A DNA stretch of 60,049 nt from Hyalangium minutum (GTDB lineage: Bacteria; Myxococcota; Myxococcia; Myxococcales; Myxococcaceae), in assembly GCF_000737315.1 (NCBI RefSeq), contig NZ_JMCB01000040.1, forward strand, positions 1 to 60,049, given 5' to 3'. The translations under genes and the position numbers were made by a program. The notes beneath the pieces are model-generated. The model ran no database searches and had not been told where the DNA came from. It saw nothing but the letters and a program-made list of their open reading frames with translations. Positions 20,987 to 31,536 of the stretch are shown here, piece after piece; position 1 is the first letter of the stretch, and each line of letters starts with the position of its first letter.

Positions 20987-22471
20987 ATGAACGCTAAAAC
21001 CCTCACTGCCCGGCTTCGCCGGCGCAGCCTCTCGAAGTCTGTCTTGTTGGGCGCCTCGATGGCGCTGTCCGCGGTGTCCACTGGGGCCCTCGCCCAGACC
21101 ACCGCGCCCGCTCCGGCGGCCGTGGCCAAGGATCCCGCCGAGGCTGCGGCCCTGCTGCGCAAGCCCGAGGGCTACAAGCTCCAGCAGAACCCCTTCCCGG
21201 ACTTTGGCTACATGGTCACCGTCGATGAGTACATGCAGAAGTACTCGGACCAGCCGCTCTTCCGGCTGAAGACGGACTTCCCCACCGCCAAGCCGAAGCA
21301 GCAGCCGGACTTCGTCCAGAAACTCGACTTCCGGAAGAACCCGCTGGACTACCTGCTCGCCGTGCGGGACTACGCCTTCGACGGCAACCTGCCGGATTGG
21401 GACCCCTTCAAGAACGCCAAGCGCAGCTGGTACCACATCCCTTGGCTCCACCCGTCCGCGCGGGGGCCGAATGCCTATCCTCCGAACGGCGGCACCGAGG
21501 GTTTCCACGGGCTGATCAAGGAGGCTCAGCTCAGCCCGCTGCAGCTCGGGCCGGGCCAGAAGGGGAAGGCGAAGGGCGGCTACTCCGTCTACGCCATCAC
21601 CCTGGTCAATGACATGGCAGGGTACACGCTGGGGCAGATGTGGAAGGACCCCTCGAACCCGGACCCCAGGGCAACGGACGCACGCTACGGCGGCGGCTTC
21701 CCGCCGGGCACCGTGTTCGCCAAGCTGCTGTTCACCGACGCGCCCCAGGGGACTGACAAGCTCCCCTTCCTCGAGAACCCCCTGCAGTGGACGGCATACA
21801 TCACCGAGAATTTCACCTCCAAGAAGCGTGTGGTGGGCAAGGTGAACCTGCTGCAGATGGACATCGCCGTGCGCGACGTGCGCGCCGAGGGGCCAGACGG
21901 GACGGGCTGGGTGTTTGGGACGTTCGCGTACAACGGCCAGGTGAACAACCCCAACAAGTTCCTGAACCTCGTCCCGGTGGGGATCACATGGGGCAATGAT
22001 CCCCAGAACACGGTGAACACCACCAACCCGTTCCCGCCCACGGAGACAAAGGTCAACCCGGAGCTGAAGCAGACCATCATCTTCCCCTCCCCGCAGCTGC
22101 CGCCGCAGCACCTGGGGTGGAACGGGCGGCTGAACGGGCCCGCGGACCTGAACACCACCTCGTGCCTGAGCTGCCACATCGCGGCGCAGTACCCCGCGGT
22201 GACGGCGCTGGTGCCGCCGAGCGCGGCTCCGGCGGGCGGCAAGGAGCCGCCCAAGGACGGAGGCACGAAGGAGTGGATGCAGTGGTTCCAGAACGTGCCG
22301 GCGGCCACCTCCATGGATCCGCGCGTCTACTCGACGGACTTCTCGTTCCAGGTGGCCATCAGCCTGGAGAACTTCTACGAGGCGAAGAGGCGGCTGCAGG
22401 AGGGCTCTTACGCGAGCGACTACCAGTTGGACCGCGTGCCGCTCGTCCGCGACGGCCTGCCCCGGCAGTAG
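20987..22471 (+). CDS. Exported c-type heme protein of unknown function (single CxxCH)
   Basis: ATG at 20987 after AGGAAG; Arg-rich signal peptide ending GALA; SCLSCH near C-terminus. Confidence 0.7.
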   Translation: MNAKTLTARLRRRSLSKSVLLGASMALSAVSTGALAQTTAPAPAAVAKDPAEAAALLRKPEGYKLQQNPFPDFGYMVTVDEYMQKYSDQPLFRLKTDFPTAKPKQQPDFVQKLDFRKNPLDYLLAVRDYAFDGNLPDWDPFKNAKRSWYHIPWLHPSARGPNAYPPNGGTEGFHGLIKEAQLSPLQLGPGQKGKAKGGYSVYAITLVNDMAGYTLGQMWKDPSNPDPRATDARYGGGFPPGTVFAKLLFTDAPQGTDKLPFLENPLQWTAYITENFTSKKRVVGKVNLLQMDIAVRDVRAEGPDGTGWVFGTFAYNGQVNNPNKFLNLVPVGITWGNDPQNTVNTTNPFPPTETKVNPELKQTIIFPSPQLPPQHLGWNGRLNGPADLNTTSCLSCHIAAQYPAVTALVPPSAAPAGGKEPPKDGGTKEWMQWFQNVPAATSMDPRVYSTDFSFQVAISLENFYEAKRRLQEGSYASDYQLDRVPLVRDGLPRQ

Positions 22472-22483
22472 AAGCACCGCTAC

Positions 22484-22512
22484 GCGGGGGAGGCCGCAGC
22501 GGCTTCCCCCGC
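22484..22512. terminator. GC-rich hairpin between convergent genes, possible bidirectional terminator
   Basis: GCGGGGGAGGCCGC / GCGGCTTCCCCCGC inverted repeat 12 bp after the stop at 22471; no clear U-tract. Confidence 0.5.
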
Positions 22513-22661
22513 ATGTGAGAGCGCAGGCGAAACGCTCCGAAGATTCAGCGGGCTCGCTGACTCGGTCGCACGGATTGACAAAGCAGCGCTCTGTGCGGCG
22601 CAGGCTGTCGCTTGCCTGCCCCTTGCACGCCTGCGCGCGCCCTCCAGCCCCAAGCGCGGAT

Positions 22662-24038
22662 TCAGGACTCCCGAACGGCGTTGCCCTCACGGCCCGGCGC
22701 CGCCAGCACCATGCCCAGCGCCGCCGTGGCGGTGAGCAGCGCGGCCACGGCGAACTGCGTGGCGAAGTGGCCTCGGGCCAGTGACAGCGCCGCCACCGCC
22801 AGCGAGCCCCCCAGCAGCCGCGTCGCGTAGAGGCTGCTGGTGACGATGCCCCGGTGGTGCCACGGCGCACGCGACTGCGGCCCGAGGATCGAGGTGCTCG
22901 CCGCGGGCCCCAGCCCCACCCCCAGCACGGCCAGCGAGGCGAAAGCCCCTCCGATGCCCCACCCCTGTGCTGCTGCCAGCGCCAGCAACCCGGCGCCACA
23001 GGCCGCCAGCACGAAGCCCGCCCCTGCGCTCGCGCGCATGCCTCCGCGCACCAGCACCTTCACCCCCAGGGTGGAGCCCACCGACCAGCCCAGCAGCATT
23101 GGCACCAATGCCAGGCCCGCTCCAATCGGGGTGTGCCCGCCCTGCTCCGTCATCCACAGCGGCACCCACGTGGACATCGTGTAGAGCAACGCTCCGGCGA
23201 ACAGGCCTCCTGCGATGCCGCTGAGCACGGTGCGGTCCCGCAGCAACTCCGGCGGAATCACCGGCGAGGCGCTCACCCGCTGCTGGCGCACCAGCCCCAC
23301 GCCCACCGCCACCGCGCCCAGTGCGCACAGCCCCCGCACCACCACCGCCGAGCCCGGCTCCAGCGCGAAGAGCAGCAACGCCACGCACGTGCCCACCAGC
23401 AACGGCCCCCATGCGCCCATGGGCCCCTGCGCGCGCTTCGGCGGATCCCGGTACGACAGGTGCAGCAGCCCCGCCGCGAGCAGCCCCACCGGGAGGTTCA
23501 CCAGGAACACCCATCGCCACGACGTGTGCATCACCAGCCACCCCCCAATGAGCGGTCCGAGCGCATTCGCGGCCCCCCACGCTCCGGTGAAGAGCCCTTG
23601 GATCGCCGCGCGCTCGCGCAGGGTGTAGAGGTCCGAGCTGATCGTCAGCGTCGTGGGTTGAAGCGCTCCGGCGCCCAGGCCCTGAGCCACGCGGAAGGCA
23701 ATCAGCGCGGGCACCGAAGTGGCCAGTCCGCACAGCGCCGAGCCCGCCAGGAACAGCCCCATCCCCGCCAGGAACACCGGCTTGCGCCCCAGCCGGTCTG
23801 CCAGCTTGCCGGAGACGAGCACGCCCACGGTCGAAGCGAAGAGGAAGGCCGAGAACACCCACGAGTAGAGCTCCTGGCCGCCCAGCTCCCGGGTGATGAC
23901 GGGCATGGCGCTCGTCACCACCGTGCCCTCGAAGGCGCTGACCACCAGGGCCAGCAGCACCGCGCCCGTGGCCACCCGCCGCGCCGCTCCCGAGTTGACG
24001 CGAACCTCGCTCTCCACCGTCATCCCGCTTCCATCCAT
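22662..24038 (-). CDS. MFS drug:H+ antiporter-like transporter
   Basis: Motif A GKLADRLGRK, RVAQGLGAG, GPLIGG; ATG at 24038 after GGGAGAG. Confidence 0.9.
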   Translation of the reverse strand: MDGSGMTVESEVRVNSGAARRVATGAVLLALVVSAFEGTVVTSAMPVITRELGGQELYSWVFSAFLFASTVGVLVSGKLADRLGRKPVFLAGMGLFLAGSALCGLATSVPALIAFRVAQGLGAGALQPTTLTISSDLYTLRERAAIQGLFTGAWGAANALGPLIGGWLVMHTSWRWVFLVNLPVGLLAAGLLHLSYRDPPKRAQGPMGAWGPLLVGTCVALLLFALEPGSAVVVRGLCALGAVAVGVGLVRQQRVSASPVIPPELLRDRTVLSGIAGGLFAGALLYTMSTWVPLWMTEQGGHTPIGAGLALVPMLLGWSVGSTLGVKVLVRGGMRASAGAGFVLAACGAGLLALAAAQGWGIGGAFASLAVLGVGLGPAASTSILGPQSRAPWHHRGIVTSSLYATRLLGGSLAVAALSLARGHFATQFAVAALLTATAALGMVLAAPGREGNAVRES

Positions 24039-24108
24039 GCTCTCCCTATAAGCGGGCGCGTTCCATGCGGAAATCGCATCTTCCGCATAGAGTCCTTGCG
24101 AGAACCGC

Positions 24109-25026
24109 ATGACCTCCGAACAGCTCCGAGCATTCCTCCAGGTGGCCCAGGAGGGCCGCTTCTCCACCGCCGCGAAAGGACTGGGCCTGTCCCAGTCTGG
24201 ACTCTCGCGCCAGCTCCAGTCCCTGGAGACCGAGCTCGGAGTCCGCCTGCTGGTACGCACGCCCGCCGGCGCGGTGCTCACGGACGCGGGGGAGCGCTTC
24301 CTGCCCCATGCCCGGCGGGCCCTCGAGGCGCTGTTCGCCGGCACGGCCGAGCTGGAGCAGCTCTCGGGCATACCCCACGGCCCGCTGGCGCTCGGCTCCC
24401 TGCACACCGTGGGGGCGTACCTGCTGCCGGACCTCATCGCCGCCTTCGCCCGGAGCTACCCGGAGGTGCGGCTCCGGCTGAGCGAGAGCCTCGCCCCCGA
24501 GCTGGAGGAAGGCGTCTCCCGAGGCGTGCTGGATCTGGCCATCCTCTCCCTGCCCGTGCGCCGAGCGGACCTTGTAGCGCAGAAGCTGTGGGAAGAACCC
24601 CTGGTGCTCGCCGTGCCCCGAGGCCATCCGCTGACGAAGCTGGGCCGGGCCGTGGCGCTCACCGAAGTCGTGGAGGAGCCCTGGGTCGTCATCCCCGGGA
24701 TGACGGGCACCCGAGCGCTGGAGGCCGCCTGCGAGGCGCGGGGCGTGACACCTCGGGTGGTACTGGAGACGGACAACTCGGAGGCCATGCGCCGCATGGT
24801 GGAGCGCGGGCTGGGCGTGGCGCTGGTGCCGGAGCTCATGACGCGCGACCACCCCGCCCGGGAGTTCGACATCGTCCAGGTGGTCCCGGGTGGACCGCGC
24901 CGCCAGGTGGCGCTCGTGCACCGGGGAGAAGGCTATCTCACCGCCGCCGCCCGGGCCTTCAAGAAGTTCATTGTGGAGCACGTGCGCAAACAGCCTGCAA
25001 TACGAAGTGCAGAGGCGCAGCGCTGA
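24109..25026 (+). CDS. LysR-family transcriptional regulator
   Basis: N-terminal HTH FSTAAKGLGLSQSGLSRQLQSLE; divergent from the MFS gene. Confidence 0.93.
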   Translation: MTSEQLRAFLQVAQEGRFSTAAKGLGLSQSGLSRQLQSLETELGVRLLVRTPAGAVLTDAGERFLPHARRALEALFAGTAELEQLSGIPHGPLALGSLHTVGAYLLPDLIAAFARSYPEVRLRLSESLAPELEEGVSRGVLDLAILSLPVRRADLVAQKLWEEPLVLAVPRGHPLTKLGRAVALTEVVEEPWVVIPGMTGTRALEAACEARGVTPRVVLETDNSEAMRRMVERGLGVALVPELMTRDHPAREFDIVQVVPGGPRRQVALVHRGEGYLTAAARAFKKFIVEHVRKQPAIRSAEAQR

Positions 25027-25116
25027 GAGTATATGCTGACGTCATGGCGGGTGGCGGACCTCGCAGCAAGACGTGAACCCCATTCGTCTCCCTGAGACAA
25101 CGACGAGAGGCGTGGC

Positions 25117-25584
25117 ATGGGAATGAAGCTCGACATCAATGGCTCGGTCCGCGAGGTGGAAGCCAGCGGCGACATGCCGCTGCTGTGGGTCCTGCGTGAC
25201 CTTCTGCAACTGAGCGGGACGAAGTACGGCTGCGGAATGGCGCAGTGTGGGGCGTGCACGGTGCACCTCGACGGCAAGCCCGTTCGCTCCTGCGTCACCC
25301 CCGTCTCGAGCGTTGGTGCGCGCAAGGTCACCACGATCGAGGGGCTGTCACCGGACGGTTCGCACCCCGTGCAGCGCGCATGGTCCGAGGCGGATGTCGT
25401 GCAATGTGGCTACTGCCAGTCCGGTCAGATCATGACGGCCGTGGCGCTGCTCGAGAAGAAGCCCGATCCGACGGACTCCGACATCGACGCCGCGCTGTCG
25501 GGCAACATCTGCCGCTGCGGGACGTACGAGCGCGTGCGCGAAGCGGTCCGGCTCGCCGCGAAGCTGAAGCGAGGTGCGAAGTGA
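25117..25584 (+). CDS. [2Fe-2S] subunit of IorAB/CoxS-type molybdenum hydroxylase
   Basis: [32 protein letters not shown]. Confidence 0.93.
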   Translation: MGMKLDINGSVREVEASGDMPLLWVLRDLLQLSGTKYGCGMAQCGACTVHLDGKPVRSCVTPVSSVGARKVTTIEGLSPDGSHPVQRAWSEADVVQCGYCQSGQIMTAVALLEKKPDPTDSDIDAALSGNICRCGTYERVREAVRLAAKLKRGAK

Positions 25585-27713
25585 CAGTCTCTCGACGAGG
25601 ATTCCTCACGGGTGCGGCGGCGAGCACGGCGGGGCTGGTGATCAGCTTCTATGTGCCGAAGATCGTGCACGCCGCGCCCAAGGCCGCGCAGCCGCTGCCG
25701 TCCCCGAACGCGTTCCTGCGGATCGGCAGTGATGACTCGATCACCGTCCTGCTCGCGCACTCCGAGATGGGCCAGGGAATCTGGACCGGCCTGGCGATGC
25801 TGATCGCGGAAGAGCTCGACTGTGACTGGTCGAAGGTGCGCTGCGAGCACGCCCCCGCGGCGCCGGTCTACGGCCACCCCGCCATGGGCATCCAGATGAC
25901 GGGCGGGTCCACGTCCACGCATGGCGAGTTCGACCGGTACCGCAACGTGGGCGCGACGGCGAAGGCGCTGCTCCTGCGCGCAGCCGCGGAGCGATGGAAG
26001 ACCACGCCAGCGAAGCTCTCCGCCGCGAACGGGGTGATCACCTTCGGTGGAGAAAGGCTGACGTACGGCGCGGTCGCCGAGGCGGCGATGAAGCTGTCCC
26101 CTCCGAAGACGGTGAAGCTCAAGGAGCCGAAGGAGTGGAAGCTGATCGGCACCAAGGTGCGCCGGCTCGACACGCCCGAGAAGATCAACGGCAAGGCACA
26201 GTTCGGGATCGACGTCTCGTTCCCCGGGCTGCGCACCGCTGTCGTGCTGCGGCCGCCGGCGTTCGGCGCGAAGCTCGTGAAGTTCGATGCCGCCGATGCG
26301 CTGAAGGTCCCTGGCGTCGAGAAGGTCGTCCAGACCGCGAACGGTGTCGCGGTGGTCGCCAGCCACTTCTGGGCGGCGAAGCTCGGCCGTGATGCCGTGC
26401 GCGCGGAGTGGTCGACGCCCGAGGGCGGCGGTGCCAGCTCCGAGAAGATCCTCGCCGAGTTCCGCCAGCTCTCGCTCGGCGAGGGCTCGACCGTGGCCGA
26501 CACCGGCAAGGTGAAGGAAGCGCTCAACCTCTCCGCCAGCAAGCTCGAGGCGTCGTACGAGGTGCCGTACCTCGCGCACGCCATGATGGAGCCGCTCAAC
26601 TGCACCGTGAAGATCGACGGTGATCGCTGCGAGATCTGGACGGGGACCCAGTTCCAGACCGTTGATCAGGGCACCGCGGCGCACATCCTGGGCACGACGC
26701 CCGACAAGGTCACGATCCACACCACGTTCCTCGGCGGTGGCTTCGGCCGCCGCGCGAACCCGGCGTCGGACTTCGTCTCCGAGGCCGTGATCGTCGCGAA
26801 GGCGGCCGGCGTCCCGGTCAAGGTCGTCTGGACGCGCGAGGACGACATGCGCGGTGGGTACTACCGCCCCGCCTACGTCCACCGCGTCAACGTCGGCATC
26901 GACAAGGCGGGCCTGCCCGCAGCGTGGCATCACGTCATCGTCGGGCAGTCGATCCTCGCTGGCACTCCGTTCGAGAAGTTCATGGTCCACAACGGCATCG
27001 ACGCGACGTCAGTCGAAGGCGTCGCCGACTCGCCTTATCTCGAGACCACGAAGTCCAAGCACGTCTCGCTGCACTCCCCGAAGACCCCGGTCACCGTGCT
27101 GTGGTGGCGCTCCGTGGGCCACACGCATACCGCGTTCGCGATGGAGAGCATGATCGACGAGCTGGCACACGCCGCCGGCAAGGATCCGCTCGCGTACCGC
27201 CTGGAGCTTCTGAAGGGGAAGCCTCGGTTCGCGCGCGCACTCGAGACGGCCGCAGCCAAGGCGGGCTGGGGAACGCCCGCCCCCGAGGGCCGGGCGCGGG
27301 GCCTCGCGGTGCACGAGTCGTTTGGCTCGATCATCGCCGAGGTCGCGGAGGTCTCGGTCGAGGGGGGACGCATCAAGGTCCACGCGGTGACGGCGGCGGT
27401 CGACTGCGGAACCGCGGTCAACCCGCTCGGAATCGAGGCTCAGGTCCAGGGCTCGATCGCGTTCGGGCTGACTGCGGCGCTCCACGGCAAGCTGACCATC
27501 GAGGACGGCAGGGTCATCGAGAGCAACTTCCACGACTATCCCGCGCTTCGCATGTTCGAGATGCCGAAGATCAGTGTTCACCTGATCCCCAGTGACGCGA
27601 AGATGGGTGGCATTGGCGAGCCAGCGACCGCGCCCGTCGCTCCCGCCGTTGCGAACGCGGTGTTCGCGCTTACCAAGCAACGGCTGCGCACGCTGCCGCT
27701 GCGCCTCGCATAG
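25581..27713 (+). CDS. Tat-exported molybdopterin-binding subunit (IorB-like)
   Basis: GTG at 25581 overlapping upstream stop; SRRGFL Tat motif; SEMGQG, GGGFGRR, WWRSVG, GGIGEP. Confidence 0.92.
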   Translation: MTVSRRGFLTGAAASTAGLVISFYVPKIVHAAPKAAQPLPSPNAFLRIGSDDSITVLLAHSEMGQGIWTGLAMLIAEELDCDWSKVRCEHAPAAPVYGHPAMGIQMTGGSTSTHGEFDRYRNVGATAKALLLRAAAERWKTTPAKLSAANGVITFGGERLTYGAVAEAAMKLSPPKTVKLKEPKEWKLIGTKVRRLDTPEKINGKAQFGIDVSFPGLRTAVVLRPPAFGAKLVKFDAADALKVPGVEKVVQTANGVAVVASHFWAAKLGRDAVRAEWSTPEGGGASSEKILAEFRQLSLGEGSTVADTGKVKEALNLSASKLEASYEVPYLAHAMMEPLNCTVKIDGDRCEIWTGTQFQTVDQGTAAHILGTTPDKVTIHTTFLGGGFGRRANPASDFVSEAVIVAKAAGVPVKVVWTREDDMRGGYYRPAYVHRVNVGIDKAGLPAAWHHVIVGQSILAGTPFEKFMVHNGIDATSVEGVADSPYLETTKSKHVSLHSPKTPVTVLWWRSVGHTHTAFAMESMIDELAHAAGKDPLAYRLELLKGKPRFARALETAAAKAGWGTPAPEGRARGLAVHESFGSIIAEVAEVSVEGGRIKVHAVTAAVDCGTAVNPLGIEAQVQGSIAFGLTAALHGKLTIEDGRVIESNFHDYPALRMFEMPKISVHLIPSDAKMGGIGEPATAPVAPAVANAVFALTKQRLRTLPLRLA

Positions 27714-27724
27714 GACTTCCTCCG

Positions 27725-28306
27725 ATGATGCGTACCTTCGTGACGCTTGTGCTCGTTCTCGCCGGATGCGGCGGCAAGATGACGACGCCCCCCACGGGCG
27801 AGAAGCCAGACCCGGCCACCGGTGTGGCTGCATTTGCGACCGTGCGCGCGGTGCTCCAGCACCCGCGCTGCCAGAACTGCCATCCCGCGGGCGATGCGCC
27901 TCTGCAAGGCACCGAGGGCCGCGTGCACGCGATGAACGTGCAGCGTGGGCCCACGGGGCACGGCATGGCGGGGGCCGAGTGCACCACGTGCCACGGCCCG
28001 GCGAATCCTCCGAGCAACTATGGCCTCCATGTCCCGCCCGGCTCGATCAAGGGCTGGCACATGCCGAAGCCCGAGGAAAAGCTCGTGTTCGTCGGCCTCA
28101 CGCCGCGCGCCCTGTGCGAACAGGTCAAGGACCCGGCGCGCAACGGCGGCATGGACATGGCTGCGCTCCGCGTTCACCTCGAGGATCCGCTCGTGAAGTG
28201 GGGGTGGGATCCGGGCTTCGGCCGCGAGCCGGTGTCCACGCCGTACGCGACGTTCATCGCCGCGTGGGAGACCTGGGCTGCCGCTGGCGCCCCGTGCCCC
28301 AACTGA
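27725..28306 (+). CDS. Diheme cytochrome c lipoprotein accompanying IorAB
   Basis: Lipobox LAGC; HPRCQNCH and CTTCH heme motifs. Confidence 0.8.
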   Translation: MMRTFVTLVLVLAGCGGKMTTPPTGEKPDPATGVAAFATVRAVLQHPRCQNCHPAGDAPLQGTEGRVHAMNVQRGPTGHGMAGAECTTCHGPANPPSNYGLHVPPGSIKGWHMPKPEEKLVFVGLTPRALCEQVKDPARNGGMDMAALRVHLEDPLVKWGWDPGFGREPVSTPYATFIAAWETWAAAGAPCPN

Positions 28307-28381
28307 TCGGGGTTTGGGGCCCCCGTCTTCGTGGACTTGAGGCAAGCTCGCAGCATCTCGATTCAGGAGGCACAGCCCTCG

Positions 28382-29338
28382 ATGGCGGACCCAGTTCAAG
28401 AGGCAGTCGATGCCATGGAGAAGCACACCGGCACGGTGCAGGGGTACCGCCGGGCCCATCCCAGAGGGCTGGTGTTCCACGCGACCTTTACTCCGACGCC
28501 TGAAGCCCGGCCGCTGACGGCCGCGGAGCACTTCCAGGGTCCTCCTGTGCATACGCTCGTGCGGTTCTCGAACGCCTCGGGGAGCCCCCATGCTCCAGAC
28601 CGGGGCTCGGATCGCCAGGGGGCAGTGCTGGGCCTGGCGGTGCGGTTCGATCTGCCCTCCGGGAAGCACGCCACGTGGGCCGCCGCGAACATCCCGGCCT
28701 TCGTCGCCCGCACTCCCGAGGAGTTCCTCCAGGTCACCCGGGCGCAGCGGCCGAACGCCTCGCCCCATCCCCTGCGCATGCTCGGGTACATCCTGACGCA
28801 TCTCCATGCGCTCCCGGGCATCCGGGGGATTGTCGGCACCAAGCCAGCGCCCAGCTTTGCCCACTGCCAGTACAACAGTGTCCACGCCTACCATCTGGTG
28901 GATGCGCAGGGGCAGCGCAGGGCCTTTCGCTACCGCTGGGTGCCCTCGGCGGGAGCCGCCACCTTGAGCCCGGCGGAGGCTCGAAAGCGCCCGGAGCAGT
29001 ACCTGCTCGACGAGCTCCGGGAGCGTGTCAGCCGCGAGCGCGTCACGTTCAACCTCGTCTTCCAGCTGGCCAACCCAGGTGATCCGACCCACGACGCCAC
29101 CCGGCCATGGCCCGAGGATCGGCAGAAAATCCCGGCGGGGCAGCTGGTGATCGACTCGCTGTACGAGGATCAGCGGGAGTCCGAGCGGTTCGTCTTCGAT
29201 CCCACCGGAGTGGTGCCAGGCATCGAGCTGTCCGATGATCCGATCCTGCACTTCCGCGCGAAGGTGTACTCAGAGTCCTACAACCGCCGCTCTTCCGAAA
29301 CGAAGCCGGAGCCCAAGCCCGCTGACCTGCGGCAATGA
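28382..29338 (+). CDS. Catalase-family peroxidase (SrpA-like small catalase)
   Basis: RRAHPRG distal His, RFSNASG, FDPT ... SDDPIL ... R..YSES proximal Tyr; ATG at 28382. Confidence 0.85.
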   Translation: MADPVQEAVDAMEKHTGTVQGYRRAHPRGLVFHATFTPTPEARPLTAAEHFQGPPVHTLVRFSNASGSPHAPDRGSDRQGAVLGLAVRFDLPSGKHATWAAANIPAFVARTPEEFLQVTRAQRPNASPHPLRMLGYILTHLHALPGIRGIVGTKPAPSFAHCQYNSVHAYHLVDAQGQRRAFRYRWVPSAGAATLSPAEARKRPEQYLLDELRERVSRERVTFNLVFQLANPGDPTHDATRPWPEDRQKIPAGQLVIDSLYEDQRESERFVFDPTGVVPGIELSDDPILHFRAKVYSESYNRRSSETKPEPKPADLRQ

Positions 29339-29449
29339 GCGTCCTTCCAAGCCTGGCCATCGCTGTGTTCTGGCGCCGCGAACTTCGGCGAGCAGCTCAC
29401 GTTTGATGGCCGCGGCTGGGGCTGGACCGCGCTCGAACCTTCGCTTCCG

Positions 29450-30895
29450 CTAGCGCGCCTGGGGGAAGTGGCGGCGGCGCAGCTGGTCCACCAGTTCCTG
29501 GGTGGCGGGGGTATAGGCCACCCGCCCCTCCTGGGACTCGGGCGCCTGCGCCCCAACGAACGAGGGCGCTTCGGCGGCGCTGTCCGTGAGCTGGAAGTAG
29601 CCCTCGGGCGGCTGCTCGCCCTCCTGGCCGATGAGCCCGATGGGCCCGGAGCCATGGCGCCGCCGGAAGAGGATGGGGGCGCCCGGCACGCTCTGCTTGC
29701 CCTCGGCGGCCTCGTTGCCGAACTTCATGGTCGGCGTGTGGCCCGTAAGGGACAGCTTGTAGATGGCCGCCACCCGGTCGCGCGTGAAGGGGCACTCCAT
29801 GGTGCGCGCGACGATGTGGCCGCCGTAGCCGTAGAACTGCGCGGAGGGCTCCCAGCCCACCTGGCGGCGCAGCTCCTCGAACTCGCGGGTGGCGGCGGCG
29901 TCCAGGCCGTCCTCGAGGATGTTCACGGGGCGCACGCCGAGGTCCCGCGCCTGGGTGACGGCGTAGAGGTACTGGAGCTTCTTGTTGCCCGAGTCGAAGC
30001 GGATGGAGTCCCCTCGGTTCGGCTCCTCGCGCATCAGCCGGTAGGCGGCGGGCAGGCCCGAGGCCAGCGTGTCATAGGTGTCCAGCAGGTAGCTGGAGCG
30101 CTGGGGCCGGCGCTCGCGCATGGCGCGGAAGGCGGCCTCGTCCGAGCCGTAGCGCTGGATGTGCTCGTGGCCCATGGTGCCCACCGGGATCATCCCCAGC
30201 TTGCGAGCGCCCTCCACGTTGGAGGTGCGCGCCACGCCCGCCTCCTTGCAGGCGCGCAGGGCAAGCTCATGCTGCTCCAGGCAAGTGGCGGCGCGCAGGC
30301 CCACCTCGAAGATGCGGTTCGGATCCTCGACGATCTCCACCAGCTCGCGCACCTGGGCCAGCACGCGCTGGGAGTAGGCCTCGGGGTCGGCGCGCATGGG
30401 CACGGGCTTGACGCCCACGGCGTCCAGCGTCTCCAGCGCGATGCGCTTCTGCTCCTCGCAGGTGAGCACGGCGAGGGCTCGGGCCAGCGTGTCCCGATCC
30501 GCGAGCGCCTGGGTGGCCACCTGGATGCGGAAGTTGAGCTGGATCAGCAGCGGCTCGATCCAGGAGACCAGGGCCGAGGGTCCGCAGAGCGAGAGCACGG
30601 GCTCCTTCGGGTAGAAGAGCGCGCCGCGAGGCAAGGCGTGGATGACGAGCCTTTCCTTGTTCTGGATGGCGGCCTTGAAGCCGACGCCCATCTCGTAGTC
30701 ATTGCGCGAGAGGAACTCATAGTCCTCGGGCTTGGGATCGGGCAGCAGGCCACGCACGAAGGCAGGGATGTCCAGAGGTACGATCTGGAGACCGCCCTTG
30801 CGGTGCGTGTAATAGAAGGTCTCCTTGCGAAGTGGCCACCCCGCCTCCGCCATGCTGAACTTGTAGCCGTCCGTCGCGAGCAGCGATGTCCCCAT
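29450..30895 (-). CDS. Nicotinate phosphoribosyltransferase-like protein
   Basis: LATDGYKFSM, GTMGHE, LLDTYD, IRFDSG motifs. Confidence 0.85.
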   Translation of the reverse strand: MGTSLLATDGYKFSMAEAGWPLRKETFYYTHRKGGLQIVPLDIPAFVRGLLPDPKPEDYEFLSRNDYEMGVGFKAAIQNKERLVIHALPRGALFYPKEPVLSLCGPSALVSWIEPLLIQLNFRIQVATQALADRDTLARALAVLTCEEQKRIALETLDAVGVKPVPMRADPEAYSQRVLAQVRELVEIVEDPNRIFEVGLRAATCLEQHELALRACKEAGVARTSNVEGARKLGMIPVGTMGHEHIQRYGSDEAAFRAMRERRPQRSSYLLDTYDTLASGLPAAYRLMREEPNRGDSIRFDSGNKKLQYLYAVTQARDLGVRPVNILEDGLDAAATREFEELRRQVGWEPSAQFYGYGGHIVARTMECPFTRDRVAAIYKLSLTGHTPTMKFGNEAAEGKQSVPGAPILFRRRHGSGPIGLIGQEGEQPPEGYFQLTDSAAEAPSFVGAQAPESQEGRVAYTPATQELVDQLRRRHFPQAR

Positions 30896-31047
30896 CCAGT
30901 CTCTCTGCCTCCTGAAGGAGAGCGTATCAGGGGTTCCTCTGGGTTGTTCGGGAGATCCACGAGATGCGAGGCGGTGTCGCTCCCTGATGGAGGAGCCCCT
31001 TGCATCGGAGGACGTGTCTCACTCCGGGAAGCATCCCGTGGGCCTGT

Positions 31048-31520
31048 ATGCTTGTGCTGCTCACCCTCCTGCTCGCTGGGTGCTCGGGCACGCCGCCAGG
31101 CGTGCGCCTGGTCCGGCCCGCTCCCGATGCCACCGTGGCCACCGCCTGGGAGGCGCGCTCATGTTCGACACGCAGGGGCGCCCCATCGCCTCCGGGAGTG
31201 GAGGCTTCCGCCGCTACATCGCCCGGCGGGAGACGGACGGCACCTGGACGGATCTGATCACCGGGGATGCGCTCGAGTCTTGCCTGAGCACCGGTGTCTC
31301 GAGCCAGATCATCACCCAGGCCCCGGATGGGATGACCTACGCCCTGTGTGGCGCCAACGGACAGCTGGTCCGGCGCGAGAGCAACGGGTGGACGGCCGCT
31401 GGGGGCTCCGCTGTCGGCTTCCTCCTCCCCGTTGAGCCTCATGCTCGTCCTGGACGGGCTGGGCCGTCCGGTGGCCCTGGCCACGTACCCGCTGACGAAG
31501 GAACACGAGGCCGTGACTCA
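31048..31520 (+). pseudogene. Frameshifted remnant of a lipoprotein gene
   Basis: MLVLLTLLLAGCSG lipobox in one frame; protein-like text continues in two other frames (FDTQGRPIA...; LSLMLVLDGLGRPVALATY) before ending at the lectin gene. Confidence 0.4.
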
Positions 31521-31536
31521 TTATCCGCACGGATGC

